Shown here in pieces: positions 45,393-54,135 of a stretch of DNA of 64,000 bases; position 1 is the first letter of the stretch; each line of letters opens with the position of its first letter. The position numbers and the translations under genes are program-made. The stretch is from an uncultured Bacilli bacterium (lineage in GTDB: Bacteria > Bacillota_I > Bacilli_A > RF39 > UBA660): positions 1,636-65,635 of the forward strand of contig CALVUX010000007.1 in the NCBI GenBank assembly GCA_944363715.1, given 5' to 3'. Below the pieces are notes generated by a model. That model was not told the origin of the DNA. It saw only the letters and a program-made list of their open reading frames with translations, and ran no database searches.

Positions 45393-46541
45393 ATGGTAAT
45401 ATATAGAGCATATAAATTTAGATTATATCCAAAAGAAGAACAAAGAATATTAATACATAAGACCTTTGGATGTAGTCGTTTTGTTTATAACTATTATCTA
45501 AATTATCAAAAAGAAAATGGAGTACAGAAATCATTTAATTTATGTAAAGATTTAAAAGAATTAGAAAACAATCACGAATATCTTAAAGAAGTAGATTCAT
45601 GCGCCTTAAGATGCTCTATATTTGATTTAGAAGATGGTTTTAATAACTTCTTTGCAAAAAGAAACGGATATCCAAATTTTAAGAGTAAGTTTGCAAGACA
45701 GTCTTATAGAACTAGCCTTATAAGAAGTACTTATAAAGGAAAAGAGTATAGTAATATAGAAGTAGATTTACTAACTAGATTTATAAAATTACCAAAATTA
45801 GGTAGAGTTAAAATAAGAGGATTTAGAAATAAAGAAAGAATAGAAGGAAAAATAGTAAACGCTACTATCTCAAGAGAAACAACAAATAAGTATTATGTAA
45901 GTGTATTAGTAGAAGAAGATTTGTTAGTAGAAAAAGTAACAGCTACTAGTATAGTAGGAATAGACTTAGGTATAAAAGATTTAGTTATAACAAGTGATGG
46001 TATTAAATATAGTAATGAGAAAATATTAACAAAGTTTGAAAAGAGATTAAAAAGATTACAAAGGAAATTATCAAGACAAGTAAAAGGAAGCAAGAATTAT
46101 TTAAAGACAAAAGAAAAGATAGCAAGAATACATGCTAAAATAAAGAATTATAGAAAACATTGTTTAAACGACATTGCTAATGAAATAGTAGATGAGCATG
46201 ACATTATAGTAACAGAGAGTTTAAAAGTAGCAGATATGTTTAAAGATAAGAGAAAAGCATTTAATAAAAGTCTATCAGATGCAAGTTTAAGTAAATTATG
46301 TTCTCTAATAGAATGGAAAAGTAAGATAAAAGGAAAGTATTATTATAAGATAAATACTTATTATCCGAGTAGTCAAATATGTAGTCACTGTGGTTATAAG
46401 AATAATGAAATAAAAGATTTAAGTATAAGAGAATATGACTGTCCGGAATGTGGAGTACATAATGATAGAGATATAAATGCAAGCTTAAACATATTATTAG
46501 AAGGTTTAAAATTACACTATAACTTACAAAGTTTAGTTTAA
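45393..46541 (+). CDS. tnpB: RNA-guided endonuclease TnpB (IS200/IS605 OrfB)
   Basis: 382 aa, with about 60 residue differences from copy 1 by manual alignment. The RuvC D/E/D contexts (GIDLGIKD, VTESL, NDRDINAS) and the CxxC...CxxC zinc ribbon are intact. Confidence 0.92.
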   Translation: MVIYRAYKFRLYPKEEQRILIHKTFGCSRFVYNYYLNYQKENGVQKSFNLCKDLKELENNHEYLKEVDSCALRCSIFDLEDGFNNFFAKRNGYPNFKSKFARQSYRTSLIRSTYKGKEYSNIEVDLLTRFIKLPKLGRVKIRGFRNKERIEGKIVNATISRETTNKYYVSVLVEEDLLVEKVTATSIVGIDLGIKDLVITSDGIKYSNEKILTKFEKRLKRLQRKLSRQVKGSKNYLKTKEKIARIHAKIKNYRKHCLNDIANEIVDEHDIIVTESLKVADMFKDKRKAFNKSLSDASLSKLCSLIEWKSKIKGKYYYKINTYYPSSQICSHCGYKNNEIKDLSIREYDCPECGVHNDRDINASLNILLEGLKLHYNLQSLV

Positions 46542-46708
46542 ATAATGTTTGATATAATGAAAAAGAACAAAGATAAATAATACCCAAGTACGGTAGTGCT
46601 TTAAGGAATTTAAGCCTATGGAGAATAAGGGATACCTTATCTATGAAGTAGGAATCCTTGGAGGTAATGACAAGGGCGAAATAAAATTTATTTTATTTCT
46701 TATGTTCT
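46542..46708 (+). ncRNA. putative omegaRNA (reRNA) scaffold / right-end of TnpB element copy 2
   Basis: Positions 46587-46708 match copy 1 at 121/122 nt (the single difference is at 46668). The terminal hairpin is GAAATAAAAT-TT-ATTTTATTTC. Confidence 0.65.
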
Positions 46709-47899
46709 TTAAGATAAAATATTTTTTAAGTTTTCTTTTTCTAGAAATGAAGTAGTTGTCATATTACTGCCAAAAATAGAATCATAACGAAATATGGCAA
46801 AGCCACTATAATTACTTAATTTACGACTAAGCATTACTTCTCTTGAAATGATATTATTATATTCTATCCATTCATTAACTCCTTCTTTAGCATAATTATC
46901 TACATTACCAGTTTTATAAAAAGCAAGAGCAGGTATTAATTCTATATTGTTAGTGATTAAGTTATTCCAAGACTTAACAGTATCTTCAAAAGGTTTAGTA
47001 CTATTTAAAAAGCCATAATATACTTGAGGCATTATGTAATCAAGGTATCCATCTTCTGTACAAAACTTTCTTGTATCTACATAATTACTATTGTAGTTAT
47101 TATCGATATTACCATCAGGAGAAATACCAAAAACAAGTGATTTATCATAAAACTTTATAAGTTTATATGTTTTTTTTATTAGAGAGCTAATGGTATTTAA
47201 TCTAAATTCTTGTAATGTTAAACTATTATTATTTTTATAAGCTTTTTCATAATCAGTACTATCTATATCATTACTCTTAGGATAAAAGTAATCATCAAAG
47301 TGGATTCCATCTACATCATAATTTTTAATTATCTCTTCTATACCATCAAGAATTAAGGATTCTACTTCATTACTAGCAGGATTATAGTAAATACCTACAT
47401 TATCTATTACTTTAACTGAAGATGTATCTAATAGTTTATAAGCAGGATTTTCTTTACTTATTATACTAGTATCAGTATCATTACTAATTCTATAAGGATT
47501 AATCCAAGCATGAAGTTCTAAATCTTTTTGATGAGCTTTTTTAATAAAGTATTTTAATATATCAAATGGTAGTTCATCTCCTTCAGTATTAACAACACTT
47601 CTACTACTAGGGAAAATAGAAGATTTATAGATAGCATCACTAAAACTTCTTACTTGTAATATTATCATATTAAATCCAAAGTCTTTAGCAGTATCTAGCA
47701 TATTATCTATAGTTTTTTTCATATCAGTAGTACTCTTACCTCTTAAGTTATTACCAAGTTCAATATAAGAGATAAACACTGCTCTTTTCTCAAGTATTTC
47801 TTTAGGACTATTTTCTTCTTTTAAAGTATCTTTAGGCACAAAGACATAGATTATAACCAATAAAAAAATGATAAGTAGTAAATAATATTCTTTTTTCAT
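46709..47899 (-). CDS. glycoside hydrolase-like GHL10 family protein (DUF187/YngK-like)
   Basis: N-terminal signal/anchor, then FGFNMIILQVRSFSDAIYKS and ELHAWINPYRIS typical of family-10-like glycosylhydrolases. Its stop codon directly abuts the IS right end. Confidence 0.75.
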   Translation of the reverse strand: MKKEYYLLLIIFLLVIIYVFVPKDTLKEENSPKEILEKRAVFISYIELGNNLRGKSTTDMKKTIDNMLDTAKDFGFNMIILQVRSFSDAIYKSSIFPSSRSVVNTEGDELPFDILKYFIKKAHQKDLELHAWINPYRISNDTDTSIISKENPAYKLLDTSSVKVIDNVGIYYNPASNEVESLILDGIEEIIKNYDVDGIHFDDYFYPKSNDIDSTDYEKAYKNNNSLTLQEFRLNTISSLIKKTYKLIKFYDKSLVFGISPDGNIDNNYNSNYVDTRKFCTEDGYLDYIMPQVYYGFLNSTKPFEDTVKSWNNLITNNIELIPALAFYKTGNVDNYAKEGVNEWIEYNNIISREVMLSRKLSNYSGFAIFRYDSIFGSNMTTTSFLEKENLKNILS

Positions 47900-47939
47900 A
47901 CTCTTATCATATTATTAAATATATAAATATATTGTCTAA

Positions 47940-48587
47940 TTAAGAGATACAATCACTATTTTTTATAATAAAAAGTTGATTATCTTTATAGAAGGCATAA
48001 AATACATCATCTAATTTTACTTTTTTACTTTCTAGTAACTCATTAAGCCATTTTTCTTTTCTTCTTATTCTCTTTAAAGTCATCTGTTGTATTTTACCAT
48101 CAAGTATTAAAGGTAATGGATATGGTCCACTATTATTAGCATCTTTAGTGAAGACTGATAATTTACCACTAGTTTCAAGAATAGCATACTCTACTTCTTC
48201 AATACTCTTAACTTCTTTAGCACGTAACTGAGTAAGTAAATCTTCTAAGTTATATCTTTGTTTAATCATTTCTTTAAAATTAACTTTACCATTATCAATA
48301 ATAACAGAAGCATCTCCATCTAACATAGTTCTAAGTTTATCACTTTTTAAAGAAAGTTTTGCAAGTACTATTTGTAATATCACTAAGACTCCTATTGGTA
48401 AAAGCATAAGAAAGACACTACTATCATACTTTTCAATGCTAATCGCTGCTAGTTCTGCAATTAATATTGATACTATTAAATCTATTATACCTAGTTCTCC
48501 TACTTCTCTTTTACCCATAAAACGATAAAAGAGAACAATTGCAAAATAAAAGAAAAGAGTTTTTAAAAGTATTAATAAGTAATCCAT
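47940..48587 (-). CDS. DUF421 (YetF-like) membrane protein
   Basis: MGKREVGELGIIDLIVSILIAELAA plus the C-terminal YetF-type domain. Confidence 0.7.
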   Translation of the reverse strand: MDYLLILLKTLFFYFAIVLFYRFMGKREVGELGIIDLIVSILIAELAAISIEKYDSSVFLMLLPIGVLVILQIVLAKLSLKSDKLRTMLDGDASVIIDNGKVNFKEMIKQRYNLEDLLTQLRAKEVKSIEEVEYAILETSGKLSVFTKDANNSGPYPLPLILDGKIQQMTLKRIRRKEKWLNELLESKKVKLDDVFYAFYKDNQLFIIKNSDCIS

Positions 48588-48623
48588 ATAATCTCACCTA
48601 CTAATAATATTTACAAAACTCTT

Positions 48624-49268
48624 TTATTTTATACCTTTAGTTTTTAAAAGTTCCATAATTTCTTCATGAATTTCATCTATAGTTTTCTCTTTATCTTCAT
48701 CAATACAATTAATTATATCCCAGTTATAAAGACCTGCTAGTTCAAGATATGACTCTAAGACTCTTTCTTGCTTAGAATCTTCGTTAGTTAACTCAAAAGA
48801 TAATTGATTATTATATTTATAAGGCATATTAAGTAGTATCGTATAATCCGGCTTAGGTAATTTTAAAAGCCAGTACTCTAGTTTATCTATCCACTGATAC
48901 ATATAAAATCTATCTTCAGAGTCTTCATATTTACTACCTTGATTAGCCATATTGGAACTAGTATAACGATTAATTACCACGATATAACCATCCATTAAGT
49001 ATTCATTTATTTTTTTTATATTATATTTTCTATCTGCAGCGGTATATAAACAGACAAGTTCTGGATCTAAGGAATCTATTCCTTCATTAAAATAATTATT
49101 GTTACTTAAAAGACAATCTTTAAAGATTCTACCAGTAGGAGTATCATACATAGGAAAAGAAAATTCTATAGACTTTATTCCCATTTTATTTAAAGATTCT
49201 ACTAATAATTTACTTTGTGTCTCTTTGCCAGAGCCTTCTATTCCTTCAATAACAATAATTTTGCCCAT
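48624..49268 (-). CDS. tmk: thymidylate (dTMP) kinase-like nucleotide kinase
   Basis: P-loop IVIEGIEGSGKETQ with a Tmk-like length and layout. A TAGGAG SD precedes the ATG at 49268. Confidence 0.6.
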   Translation of the reverse strand: MGKIIVIEGIEGSGKETQSKLLVESLNKMGIKSIEFSFPMYDTPTGRIFKDCLLSNNNYFNEGIDSLDPELVCLYTAADRKYNIKKINEYLMDGYIVVINRYTSSNMANQGSKYEDSEDRFYMYQWIDKLEYWLLKLPKPDYTILLNMPYKYNNQLSFELTNEDSKQERVLESYLELAGLYNWDIINCIDEDKEKTIDEIHEEIMELLKTKGIK

Positions 49269-49279
49269 AATCAACACTC

Positions 49280-49861
49280 CTATATTTCTATATTATTATG
49301 TCCATCAAACGGTACTAATAAACATTTACGACTTGCCAAATAATCACACATATGGACAAAATTCTGATACTTAGTATGAGGTTTCTCTAATACTTCATTA
49401 CCATTATAATCAACGGTATAGTCTCCCATATGTGTTTTAATAGCATCACTTATAAAGGTTGCATCTTCTTTAGTTAGACCAACTTTCTCATAATTATCCA
49501 TAACTACTTTAGCGGCGATTAAAGGATGATCAAAACGAGTATATCTCTCTTCAACAAGACCTTTTTTAAATCCATCATGTAATAAAAGTGCCATAAGCAT
49601 TAAATCTTTCTCATGAGAAGTATACTTTTTACTAATAGATAAATCACATAATAGTTCATAACCTATTCTAACAGCAGCTTTTGTATGACGAAGAAGCCCT
49701 CCATCTCCTTGAGCATACTTTGGATGGTATTTACCAGTTGATGCCGCAGGTTCTTTAAAGAAATAATCTGGTAATAGTTCTATTAGCTCACCAAGACTCT
49801 TTCTTAAAGATTCATCTTTAATATAATTAATTTCATCATAAAATATTTCTTTTTTATTCAT
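49280..49861 (-). CDS. HD domain phosphohydrolase
   Basis: GKYHP...LLRHT...LLHDGFK His/Asp motifs. Confidence 0.7.
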   Translation of the reverse strand: MNKKEIFYDEINYIKDESLRKSLGELIELLPDYFFKEPAASTGKYHPKYAQGDGGLLRHTKAAVRIGYELLCDLSISKKYTSHEKDLMLMALLLHDGFKKGLVEERYTRFDHPLIAAKVVMDNYEKVGLTKEDATFISDAIKTHMGDYTVDYNGNEVLEKPHTKYQNFVHMCDYLASRKCLLVPFDGHNNIEI

Positions 49862-49954
49862 ATAATACCTCTTTCTAAACCATTATATCATCAAAAACGT
49901 TTGTTTGTAAATCATATATGAACAAATAAAAGACATAAATATCCTTTTCTTTAA

Positions 49955-49983
49955 GAAAAATAGTATAGTTAAAAACTATACTA
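49955..49983 (-). terminator. intrinsic terminator of the pyrophosphatase gene
   Basis: TAGTATAGTT-N3-AACTATACTA perfect hairpin overlapping the stop, followed by a T-run on the - strand. Confidence 0.6.
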
Positions 49984-51603
49984 TTTCTCAAAACTAGCCA
50001 TTATTACAGGTACAACATTCTTCTTACGAGAAACACAATCTTGTAAGTATTCACCTTCACTCATATCTTTATCATAAGCCATATCCATTATATCTTTCGC
50101 TTTTCTATTAAATAAAACATAAGAACCGTTCTTAATAATATCTGTAATATATAAAGCGATTAGAGAATAATTATTACCTTCGGCTTCCCTATCAAGGGTA
50201 TCAAGATATGAATCCATATCTTTCTTAATTTCATCAAAATTAGTAGTAAAGAATTGTCCTATACCTAAAGTCTTATCATCTACTGTATATAGTTTAAAGT
50301 CATTATATAGGACATCTTCATGACTCATACCATCAAGTGATGTACCTGCTTTTATTAAATTAAGTCCATATTCTTCATAATCAACTTCTGCAATACTTGA
50401 TAACTCTATAACTGCCTTTCTATCTAATTCTGTAGTTGTAGGTGATTTAAGTATTAAAGTATCTGATAGAATTCCTGATAACATCATCCCTGCTATTTCT
50501 TTAGGTATTTCAATATTTCTTTCTTTATATAAAGAATAGATAATTGTATTACTTGAACCTACTGCCATATTTCTAAAGTTTATTGGGCTAGCAGTAGAAA
50601 GACTACTTAAGTTATGATGATCTACTATTTCAACAATCTCTGCCTCATCCAACCCTTCAGCACTTTGTTTCGCTTCATTATGGTCTACTAATATTACTTT
50701 CTTAGGATTTTTAGAATCCAAATCAGTAATTCTGAGTAATCCTAAACATTTACCAGTTTTAGAATTAATAACTGGATAGTTAGTATGTCTTAATTTCTTA
50801 TTAATATCTAAAATATCATCAACATAACTATTCTCATCAAAGTAAACTGCATCTTTAGTAGTTCTTTCCATTGTTCTAATATAGTTAGCTAAACCAATTA
50901 ATTTAGCGATATGATATGTATCATAACTACTTCTAATAATATTAACTCCATTTTCTTTAGCAAGCTCAATATGTTTATCTTTAATTTCACTAAATCCTGA
51001 TAGAATAATCATTTTAACTTTAGAATTAACGGCATATTCTATAACACTATGTCTATCTCCAACTATTAAGATATCATCACTAGTTAAATTAACTGTATTA
51101 ATAAAGGTTGTACTACGATATGCTGCTGCTAATATATTACCAACAACTTCATCATCTGCTCTATTTACCTCTTCAGCATTTAAAACATTTAGTAAATTAT
51201 CATAACTAGTTTCAAGGTTCTCTACTTTAGTATTAATAAAAGTATGAGCTAGGTCTTTAATTGTTACTATTCCTTTAAATTTATTTTTATCATCAACAAT
51301 TGGTACACCAGTTAAACCTTCATTTAACATATAGATATAACTATCAAAGATAGATTTCTTTTCATTTAAGAAATATCCTTTATGATAATTAACATCTTTA
51401 AGTTGTAATTTAACATCATTTAAGTAAGCAGGCTCTTTTACCTTAAAGTATTTTAGTGCATATTTAGTCTCTTTATTAATTGCACTAAGTACACGAGGTT
51501 CTACATTAAAACCTAATTGTTTTTTTAAATAAGAATAACTTATCGCTGCACTAACTGAGTCTGTATCAGGTTTACGATGTCCAAAAACATATATTTTTTC
51601 CAT
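49981..51603 (-). CDS. family II inorganic pyrophosphatase with CBS/DRTGG insert (CBS-PPase)
   Basis: DHH motifs (GHRKPDTDSVSAA, VDHNE, IVDHHN), an internal CBS pair and DHHA2 (GILSDTLILKSPTTT). Confidence 0.85.
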   Translation of the reverse strand: MEKIYVFGHRKPDTDSVSAAISYSYLKKQLGFNVEPRVLSAINKETKYALKYFKVKEPAYLNDVKLQLKDVNYHKGYFLNEKKSIFDSYIYMLNEGLTGVPIVDDKNKFKGIVTIKDLAHTFINTKVENLETSYDNLLNVLNAEEVNRADDEVVGNILAAAYRSTTFINTVNLTSDDILIVGDRHSVIEYAVNSKVKMIILSGFSEIKDKHIELAKENGVNIIRSSYDTYHIAKLIGLANYIRTMERTTKDAVYFDENSYVDDILDINKKLRHTNYPVINSKTGKCLGLLRITDLDSKNPKKVILVDHNEAKQSAEGLDEAEIVEIVDHHNLSSLSTASPINFRNMAVGSSNTIIYSLYKERNIEIPKEIAGMMLSGILSDTLILKSPTTTELDRKAVIELSSIAEVDYEEYGLNLIKAGTSLDGMSHEDVLYNDFKLYTVDDKTLGIGQFFTTNFDEIKKDMDSYLDTLDREAEGNNYSLIALYITDIIKNGSYVLFNRKAKDIMDMAYDKDMSEGEYLQDCVSRKKNVVPVIMASFEK

Positions 51604-51659
51604 ATTACTCCTTCTTTCTACCAGTAGATTATATCATATTTTCTTTATATTGCAAAGGA

Positions 51660-52517
51660 TTAAATAGGATTAACATGAATTACTGTTAAATAAATTTCAT
51701 CAAACTTTTCAAGTTCTCGCTCTATTTTATTTGCAATAGCATGAGATTCATATGTCGACATATTACCATCTACAAAGATAGTAAATGATATTTGATATTT
51801 ATAGCCTACTGGTGTGGCATTAAAATGAGTTATTTTCTTTACTTCACTATATTTCTTAACTACTTCTAAAACTTTATCTTTAGTATCATTATCTATAGCT
51901 TTATCCATTAAGACATCGTAACTTTCTTTAAATATCTTAAGTCCACTAATTAGAATCCATAAGGCAATTAAAACTCCAACTAAGCCATCTACAAAGTATA
52001 TACCAAAGCTAGTTAGTATAATTGCTAGTAAGTTAATACTAGTAACAATAGCATCATATAAATGATCTTTAGAGTTAGCTTTCAAAAGTAAACTATTTAG
52101 ACTCTTAGAAAGTTTATTAGTATAGAAATATAAAGATAATTTAATTACTATAGTAATGATACAAACTACTATTAGCATATATGAAAAAGTATAATCGCTT
52201 TTAACAAATATGGATTCTAGCGAGTCTTTAAATAGAGTAACTGCTACTACAATAATAACAATACTTATTAAAAGAGAATAAATATATTCTGCTTTACCAT
52301 GACCAAGGTTATGATCATCATCACTTGGTTTACTTGCTATTTTATTACCTATTAAAGTCATAAGAGATGAGAAAATATCTCCTAAACTATTAATAGCATC
52401 GGCCATCATCGCTTGACTTGAAGTAAAGAATGAAGCGATAAATTTAATTACAAATAGAAATAAATTAAAAAATATTCCTAAAAAACTTGCTACTTTAGTA
52501 GCTTTAAATCTTTGCAT
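51660..52517 (-). CDS. cation diffusion facilitator (CDF) family transporter
   Basis: Six TM segments, SQAMMADAINSLGD and HNLGHGKAEY motifs, and a C-terminal cytoplasmic domain. An AGGTG SD precedes the ATG at 52517. Confidence 0.85.
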   Translation of the reverse strand: MQRFKATKVASFLGIFFNLFLFVIKFIASFFTSSQAMMADAINSLGDIFSSLMTLIGNKIASKPSDDDHNLGHGKAEYIYSLLISIVIIVVAVTLFKDSLESIFVKSDYTFSYMLIVVCIITIVIKLSLYFYTNKLSKSLNSLLLKANSKDHLYDAIVTSINLLAIILTSFGIYFVDGLVGVLIALWILISGLKIFKESYDVLMDKAIDNDTKDKVLEVVKKYSEVKKITHFNATPVGYKYQISFTIFVDGNMSTYESHAIANKIERELEKFDEIYLTVIHVNPI

Positions 52518-52519
52518 AA

Positions 52520-52865
52520 TTAACACCTACTTTTATAATCTTTTATTAATATTTTCCCTTTACCATTATATTCATTTAATGATTTGTTTAAAATATCACT
52601 AACAAAATATGAATTAAAATTCACATCTTCTACTTTATCTTTTACTCTATCATAAACAATTCCAGGAATTATATCAATAGTCCATCCTTTATCTAAGTAT
52701 AATTTTAAATTTTCTATAGCATTTAAGGAAGAAGTTGTTATAGTCTTATCAACTACTGAACTTATTTTTATGAAAACCACAATATCTAACTAAAATATCA
52801 TCTAAATCCATTTTATTTAAAGAAAAATATCTATAATTGTCACTATCAAATCCATTACATCTCAT
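52520..52865 (-). pseudogene. frameshifted small gene (38-codon N-terminal ORF + 86-codon C-terminal ORF)
   Basis: The ATG at 52865 opens MRCNGFDSDNYRYFSLNKMDLDDILVRYCGFHKNKFSS*, which overlaps in another frame the SD-less GTG-started ORF 52520-52780. Confidence 0.35.
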
Positions 52866-53138
52866 CTTTATATTTATCCTTCTATTACTTTATGTCTACA
52901 TTTAACACACTATACTATATGTTATTGTATAGAATCCTTTCTTTATAAACTTTTCCCATATATATTAACATATGTAATTAAGAAAGTATAGCATTTGCAA
53001 TTTTTTTCATTAATTTATGTCAAGTCATCTCATGGCTAAAGTCACAAGTACTCTTGTCTATATCAAATAAATATTTTTTAGGTTAAAGCCCTTTCATGGG
53101 TTTCTATCTAGAATAGAATAAAAAGAAGGGAGAAAATT

Positions 53139-53564
53139 ATGAATAGAGATTTTAATTATAATTACTATCCAAATAATATGGATAGAGATATGAGTAATCC
53201 TAAATTCTTTACTGAAAAAGAGGGTTATTTAAGAGGTAATATGTTTAGAAATTTATACAGTCAGTATAAGAATTATGAACCTCAAACTTTAAGACCTACT
53301 ACAGAACAAGAGGAGATGTTTTTAAGAATGTCAGAAGCAGAGTTTGCTGCTCATGACCTTAATTTATATTTAGATTTATATCCTAATGATGGTAATGCAC
53401 TAGATTTATTTAATAGGTATAGAAAAGAGGCGAATAGATTAATGATGGATTATGAAGAGAAGTATGGTCCTATTCTTATTAGTAGTGATAGTCTAGATAC
53501 AAGTCCATTTTTATGGCAAACGCAAATCTTTCCTTGGAATATGGAGGGATTAAGTAATGTTTAA
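53139..53564 (+). CDS. cotJB: spore coat protein CotJB with a CotJA-like N-terminal extension (apparent CotJA-CotJB fusion)
   Basis: The C-terminal part (EEMFLRMSEAEFAAHDLNLYLDLYPND...EEKYGPI) is CotJB-like. The N-terminal part (GYLRGNMFRNLYSQYKNYEP) is CotJA-like. Confidence 0.65.
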   Translation: MNRDFNYNYYPNNMDRDMSNPKFFTEKEGYLRGNMFRNLYSQYKNYEPQTLRPTTEQEEMFLRMSEAEFAAHDLNLYLDLYPNDGNALDLFNRYRKEANRLMMDYEEKYGPILISSDSLDTSPFLWQTQIFPWNMEGLSNV

Positions 53565-54123
53565 ATATGCTAAGAGATTACAATATCCAGTTAATATTAA
53601 GAAAAAAGATATAGGTATGGCTAAACAGTTAATTACTCAGTATGGAGGCCCTAATGGAGAACTTGCAGCGGCACTTCGTTATTTAAATCAAAGATATACT
53701 ATGCCAGATGAGAAGGGACAAGCATTGTTAACAGATATTGGAACTGAGGAACTTGCACATGTTGAAATGTTATCTACTATGGTATATCAGCTCTTGAAGG
53801 ATGCTACTGTAGAAGAATTAAAAGAAGCTGGACTTGCTTCAAACTATGCAGAACATAGGAATGCTATATTTCCTACAGATGCTAATGGAGTACCATTTAC
53901 TGTTGCCTATTTTGCAACTACTGGGGACCCTCTTGCAGATATAATGGAAGATATGGCAGCAGAACAAAAAGCAAGAGCAGTATATGAGAACTTAATAGAC
54001 CTTACAGATGACCCTGATGTTATTGGACCTCTGTTATGGTTAAGACAAAGAGAAATAGTTCATTATAATGCTTTTGAAGATTTATTTAATTATTATGATA
54101 AAATGTTAAAAAAGAGAAGATAA
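53557..54123 (+). CDS. cotJC: spore coat protein CotJC (manganese catalase-like)
   Basis: LQYPVNIKKKD...QYGGPNGELAAALRYLNQRY...EELAHVEM. Confidence 0.9.
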   Translation: MFKYAKRLQYPVNIKKKDIGMAKQLITQYGGPNGELAAALRYLNQRYTMPDEKGQALLTDIGTEELAHVEMLSTMVYQLLKDATVEELKEAGLASNYAEHRNAIFPTDANGVPFTVAYFATTGDPLADIMEDMAAEQKARAVYENLIDLTDDPDVIGPLLWLRQREIVHYNAFEDLFNYYDKMLKKRR

Positions 54124-54135
54124 ATTGTGTCTTCT

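Larger units (their letters stand above)
45291..46708 (+). mobile_element. IS200/IS605-family TnpB-only element (IS1341-like), copy 2
   Basis: The left end ATCTATAAGG starts at 45291 and the right end ...CTTATGTTCT ends at 46708. Both boundaries are where homology to copy 1 stops. There is no tnpA. Confidence 0.8.

Noticed and set aside
52781-53138. I searched for sporulation sigma (sigma-E/sigma-K) promoter motifs upstream of cotJ (for example TCATGGG...ATAGAATA).
   Set aside because: The matches to the degenerate consensus are too weak in AT-rich DNA to support a call without experimental or comparative data.
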